Shown piece after piece: positions 59,510-64,000 of a DNA stretch of 64,000 nucleotides. The stretch lies in the NCBI RefSeq assembly GCF_009914755.1, contig NC_060927.1; one strand, given 5' to 3'. How positions within the stretch are numbered: the first letter of the stretch is position 1; each line of letters begins with the position of its first letter. Below the pieces are notes generated by a model. That model did no database searches, was not told the DNA's origin, and worked only from the letters and a program-made list of their open reading frames with translations. Both the position numbers and the translations under genes were made by a program. Source of the stretch: the human T2T-CHM13v2.0 reference genome, Homo sapiens.

Positions 59510-60560
59510 ACACTCATATTTATTGAGTGTGTATGATGTGTCAGACACAATGTCAAATGGTTAAGATGTCAGACGCATAGCAGACAAGTTCTCTGTTCTT
59601 GCGTTTACAGCCTATAAAAGTAGACACAGGAGACAAATAATGTTAAGTGGTGAAAGTGGAAACAAACAATTTCAACATAATAGGGGAGTGTAAATTGTTG
59701 GTAGAGGAAATGAGAAGTTGGGAGGAAAATTTTTTAATGTGGGGCTCAAAGAGTAACTTTTCAGCTAAGAACCCAGGAGTAACTAGGCACTGATGAGATA
59801 CAAGGATGTGTTGTTGAGATAACTGTGTGTCCTGGCATATTCTTAAGTGAGAAAGTATGTGATGTTCAGAGAAATGCAGAAAATTTAGGAACAAAGGTCA
59901 CAGGGAGAAATGTGGTGGAAACAGGAGTGAATAAAGGTCAATCATACATGCTCCAAGCAGTAGGAAAGCTTGGAAGAATTCTAAGCTGGGAAGTGATACC
60001 ACCAGATCTCTGTTTTAAGCGACGTTCTGACAGAGTGAGGAGGGTAGAATGGAGACGGGCAAAGGCACATGGGAGAATCAGAAGACCAAAGCCACAATTA
60101 TGAGAAAAAAGAGTGAGAGTGGCACACGGAGATAGCAGCACCAGAGATGGAAATATGTGTGCTATTCTGAAGAGAGAAGATAAAGCAGCAAAGATGACTT
60201 ACAGTTTTCTAGAAGAATAATGGGGCAATTCATTAAAATTGGAATTACTGAAGAAGGGTTTAGACTTGAAGATTATGTATTGAGTTTTGGATACTTTGAG
60301 TTTGGGGTGAATGTGAAACATTTAAGTGCAGGTTCCAGTAAGTTAGGGGTGCACTTTAGTCTGGAGTGCTGAGTAGACTAGAAAGAAAATATGTGGGCAT
60401 ATTTGTGCCATTGAATAATTGGGAATATAAGAGATTATTAGATTGCCAAAAGACGGAAGATAAAGTGAGCACAGAAGTGGCCTAGAACAAAGTCCTGGTA
60501 ATTTTTCACGTTGACTCTGACTGTATTGATGGGCACAAAGGAAGCAACAGGCAGAGATAC
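59510..60560 (-). mobile_element. L2 3' region
   Basis: atatttattgagtgtgtatgatgtgtcagacac...gagttttggatactttgagtttg...gtctggagtgctgag. Confidence 0.7.
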
Positions 60561-60627
60561 CATAAAAACCCACCTCAAGAACAAACTCAACCGAGTAACC
60601 TACCAGAAACCTCAGAATCCTACATTA

Positions 60628-60820
60628 ATCAGAATCACCACATATAGTTGTGCAGTTTAAGCATCACACAAAGACCTCCAGCTCCACTTACCACACTCAG
60701 GTTCCTGGTGAGGGGGATCTATCAGCCAAAAAAAAAAAAAAAATGTGCTTTTATGAAATGTGTCTATAGGGAGCACTTTTTATCATTTATATGATGATAC
60801 AGTATGTGCTAGCCACCATC
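60628..60820. mobile_element. MER91-like hAT-Tip100 MITE
   Basis: catatagttgtgcagtt...cacacaaag ... cagtatgtgctagc. Confidence 0.45.
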
Positions 60821-62839
60821 ATTGGTCCACTTTTGCTTTCTTGAGGCTAACAAAGTAAGAAAGATCTGTGCTATATGCTTCAGTGGAAGAGGCAGGTAAT
60901 ACCCACAAGTAGGGGCAAGTCTTCAAAATGTCACAAAAATTATTAAAATTAAAAGATACTTGAAAAAGTATCACTGCGCCTTATCTGTCTTGCTGAATTA
61001 AATTTAAATTAATATACTAAGTACTTTTTAAATATTTAGTATTTAAAGAGAGATTGGGGAGACTACAGGACGTAATTAGAAGAGTCTAATGGTAAAGCTG
61101 ACAAAGAAGAAAGGGTGCCTAAAAGAGGACTTTTCAACATTTCTGATGAGTTTTATATTTAGTTCCACTTCATAGTTTGAGCACTATCTCGACACTAACG
61201 AGGTCACAAGTAGTGAGTATAAGAGCCAGAAGCTTGTGATCATTTGGTACAATGTTTTCTATTCCAATTATACTATAGACAAATGAACTTTCTTATATTT
61301 CAACTTGTAACTGCAAAAGTTTGAGAATAAACTTAGTATAAAGAGGGGGATTCAGTTTTTGTTGTTGTTGTTTTTGTTTTTTGTTTTGTCACCTCAGAAG
61401 TGTATGCAGGATTTCATAGGTGTGATCTTCTGGAATGGGTAATTAAGAAATATTTAACTCATCTTGAAGGGCCTGAATACAACTAGCATAAAATTACACT
61501 GTAAGCTCATGGCAGAACCAAGAGCTGGATTTTAATTTAATTATCTAAGAAATGAGTGGATAATGTCTCAGGAGTCTTTACTTTAGATTACAGATTTAAA
61601 AAGAAAAAGGAAAAAGAAGAAAATTTTTAAAGTCTGTTGATTCAGAGTAAGGCCAATAAACCTGAAGATCACTGTATTCTCATTAAATATATTTAATTAT
61701 TCTCAAGATTAAAATCCCACTGCTATTTTTTGCAATTAAATAAAGTGAGAGATCATTGTGTTGCAAGATTTATATTTAACAACTTAAAAGGGAGCATAAC
61801 TAAATATTTCCAATTATTTATATTCTGATTTATCACAGGGAATATTGAATCACTTGTTTAAATATTAAAAAGAAGATGTAAGATACCATAGCCATAAGAT
61901 GTTTGAACAAATGGAGCAGTAAGGAAGTTACAGGTGTGTTAATAACACTTAATAACATAACCTGGTTCCATGTATTCCTTCAGCATCTCATCCCCAAACA
62001 CAAGTAAAATATGTTGTGAAAATTTCCTTTGAATATTTCTAAACACTTTTTCCTCCTACAGTATTTTCATCAGAAGATGGCAGCAAAATATCATAATCCA
62101 TAATGTTTATAAGTCTTTTCCAACAGTGTAATCAAATAGTTTGGAATATTTATAAAAATCTATTTTATTCTTATTTAAACTGCTAATGTGTTGAAATGCT
62201 CTTTGGTTGAATAATGCAACAGCACACTGATTTTTGAAGGCAGTGGGATGAGAGACACTTTATAATTTGAATAACTCCTCTGCAGAAATAACTAATTTAT
62301 TTGATCCTTTAAATTAGTGGAAATGGCTGTGTAGCATTTTGAAGTTGTTTTTTATTTCCTTAGCGTAGTACTTCAAAAAATTACTACAACATAAATTATT
62401 TTAAAGACAAATTTATTTGGAAATATCTAACATATTTGTACACGAAATTAGACTCAAAAGCTATTTGATTTACTTTTACTGAAGAATAGCTAAAACAATT
62501 TATATTTTACTTCCTGAATTAAAAAATGAAAAAAATGACATTCTGTGGTGAATTCAAAATTTTATTTTTAAATTATCTAAATGAGTTACTTGTAAATTTA
62601 TCTATTTTAATGGCTTCTTTTCTAATGATATCTAATATTCTCTCAGCAGGTAAAATTTGTATAAAGAAAATTTGACCTTGATAAGGTTATCGTAAGAGTT
62701 GAAGTACCTAATGAAGAAATAGTTAAGAACTATATGATTTAAATTTCTGTACATCAAGCTATGGGATTTGAACTTCTTGCCTCAGTATTTGGAGAGACAG
62801 ATTGTGTGAAAAATGTGTATGTCAGTTATTTACATATTA

Positions 62840-63890
62840 TAGATAAAAGTATTGATTATATGTTGATTTTTCACATATTGCCTCTCAGCCATTCCCTTAC
62901 CCTTCTATACTCTGCTATGTGCTACGAGGCCTGGGAGTCTGTGAATAGTATCTCCAGCTTTCTTTTAGCTGACTTCCTCGTAGAATCTGACCATGGAGCC
63001 ATTGGGAAATAACTGATAGATGAGAGGAGGGAAACAGAGTTGGGTTTACTGTTCCAGGGAACTCCAGCTTCCTTCTGTACCCCTAGTACCATCCCAGTGA
63101 GCTATCTTCGTCGTTTGAGAAGCAGCCATGCAGCGTCTACCCCTCCACAGGTCTGAGCACTAGCCTAAGTGTGGCTCCTCCTGAAATCCAAACACCAGCC
63201 ACATGTGCAGCTACACGAATGTGTGGGAACCTCACTGGAGAATACCATGAGAGACATAAAATGTCTGTAAGATAAAGTGTCTACATGTGTCACTTAGCAG
63301 TATGATGCAACCTGGCCAGGGGATTTCCAGGAGACAAGACCACCTCAGCACAGATAGAATTCTCATAAACCTTGAAACAAAGCTTGCCCTTACAAGAATA
63401 GCTTAAATTACCTTTCTAAAAGAAATACCTGGTAACTGACCCTGCATTAACACAGATATAAAAAAGGAAGAAGAATCCCGTAATCTCTGAGAATAGTCTT
63501 CAGACAGAGATCTACCTGACTGTTTTTGGCCCATACCACTGGCCTCCTCCCACTGTCCCTCTTTTGAGAATGTTGCCATAATAAACCACTTGAATATCAC
63601 ATTATGTCTAAGGCTCATCTTTGACACAAATTGAATCAAAGGGAAAAAGTCACCCATTTGAAAGCTAATTAACAAGGACCACAAGAAATCCCCAAATACA
63701 ACATTCACATCTCTGATTTCTTCAGCTGTGGTGATTTAAGCTGTTTCTTGCTGTTATTAATCCCCAAATTCTTCCACTTACTCTGTTGATTCTTTCAACT
63801 TCCAACAGCTATGTAATCAGTTCTCTGTATTAAATTTCCTCTCTTTGAAATACCTATTATGGATTCTCGCTGGATGCGTATTACCTGATA
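62840..63890 (+). mobile_element. LTR33-like ERVL LTR with a nested LTR
   Basis: gctgacttcctcgtagaatctgaccatggag... and 3' end tgtaatcagttctctgtattaaatttcctctctttgaaatacct. Confidence 0.6.
63266..63703 (+). mobile_element. Unassigned ERV solo LTR inserted in the LTR33
   Basis: TG...CA ends; tataaaa at ~63457; aataaa at ~63580. Confidence 0.45.
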
Positions 63891-64000
63891 GGAAAATACA
63901 ATTAAAACCCAGGAAGATAGTTTTAAGAAAATATTGTCCCTGGCTTGTATTGCCTTATTTCCTTGTTATTTGGTTCAGATTTTTAATTTTTAAAACCATC

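Overview
AT-rich, CpG-poor primate (human-like) genomic DNA, mostly transposable-element fossils: L1s of many ages (L1PA3/PA4 down to L1M), Alus (J, S, Y, monomers), MaLR/ERVL LTRs (THE1, MST, MLT1, MLT2, LTR33), a decayed ERV1 pol region, DNA transposons (Charlie, Tigger3, MER2, MER47, MER91) and L2/MIR remnants. I see no intact protein-coding gene, RNA gene or CpG island. Nearly all ORFs in the track are L1, Alu or MaLR reading-frame debris. The only host-gene-derived sequence is a full-length, disabled processed pseudogene of TOMM22 on the minus strand (~30663-31758). The most notable structures are two twin-primed (5'-inverted) L1s, one of which coincides with a ~2.4 kb deletion of its host; a 12 kb nest of L1s and Alus; an L1MA 5'UTR built from three ~330 bp monomers; a THE1 provirus with discordant LTRs inside ERV1 integrase; and a fold-back junction between opposed L1s. 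I found no convincing new biological system. Subfamily names come from remembered consensus motifs and boundaries are approximate.
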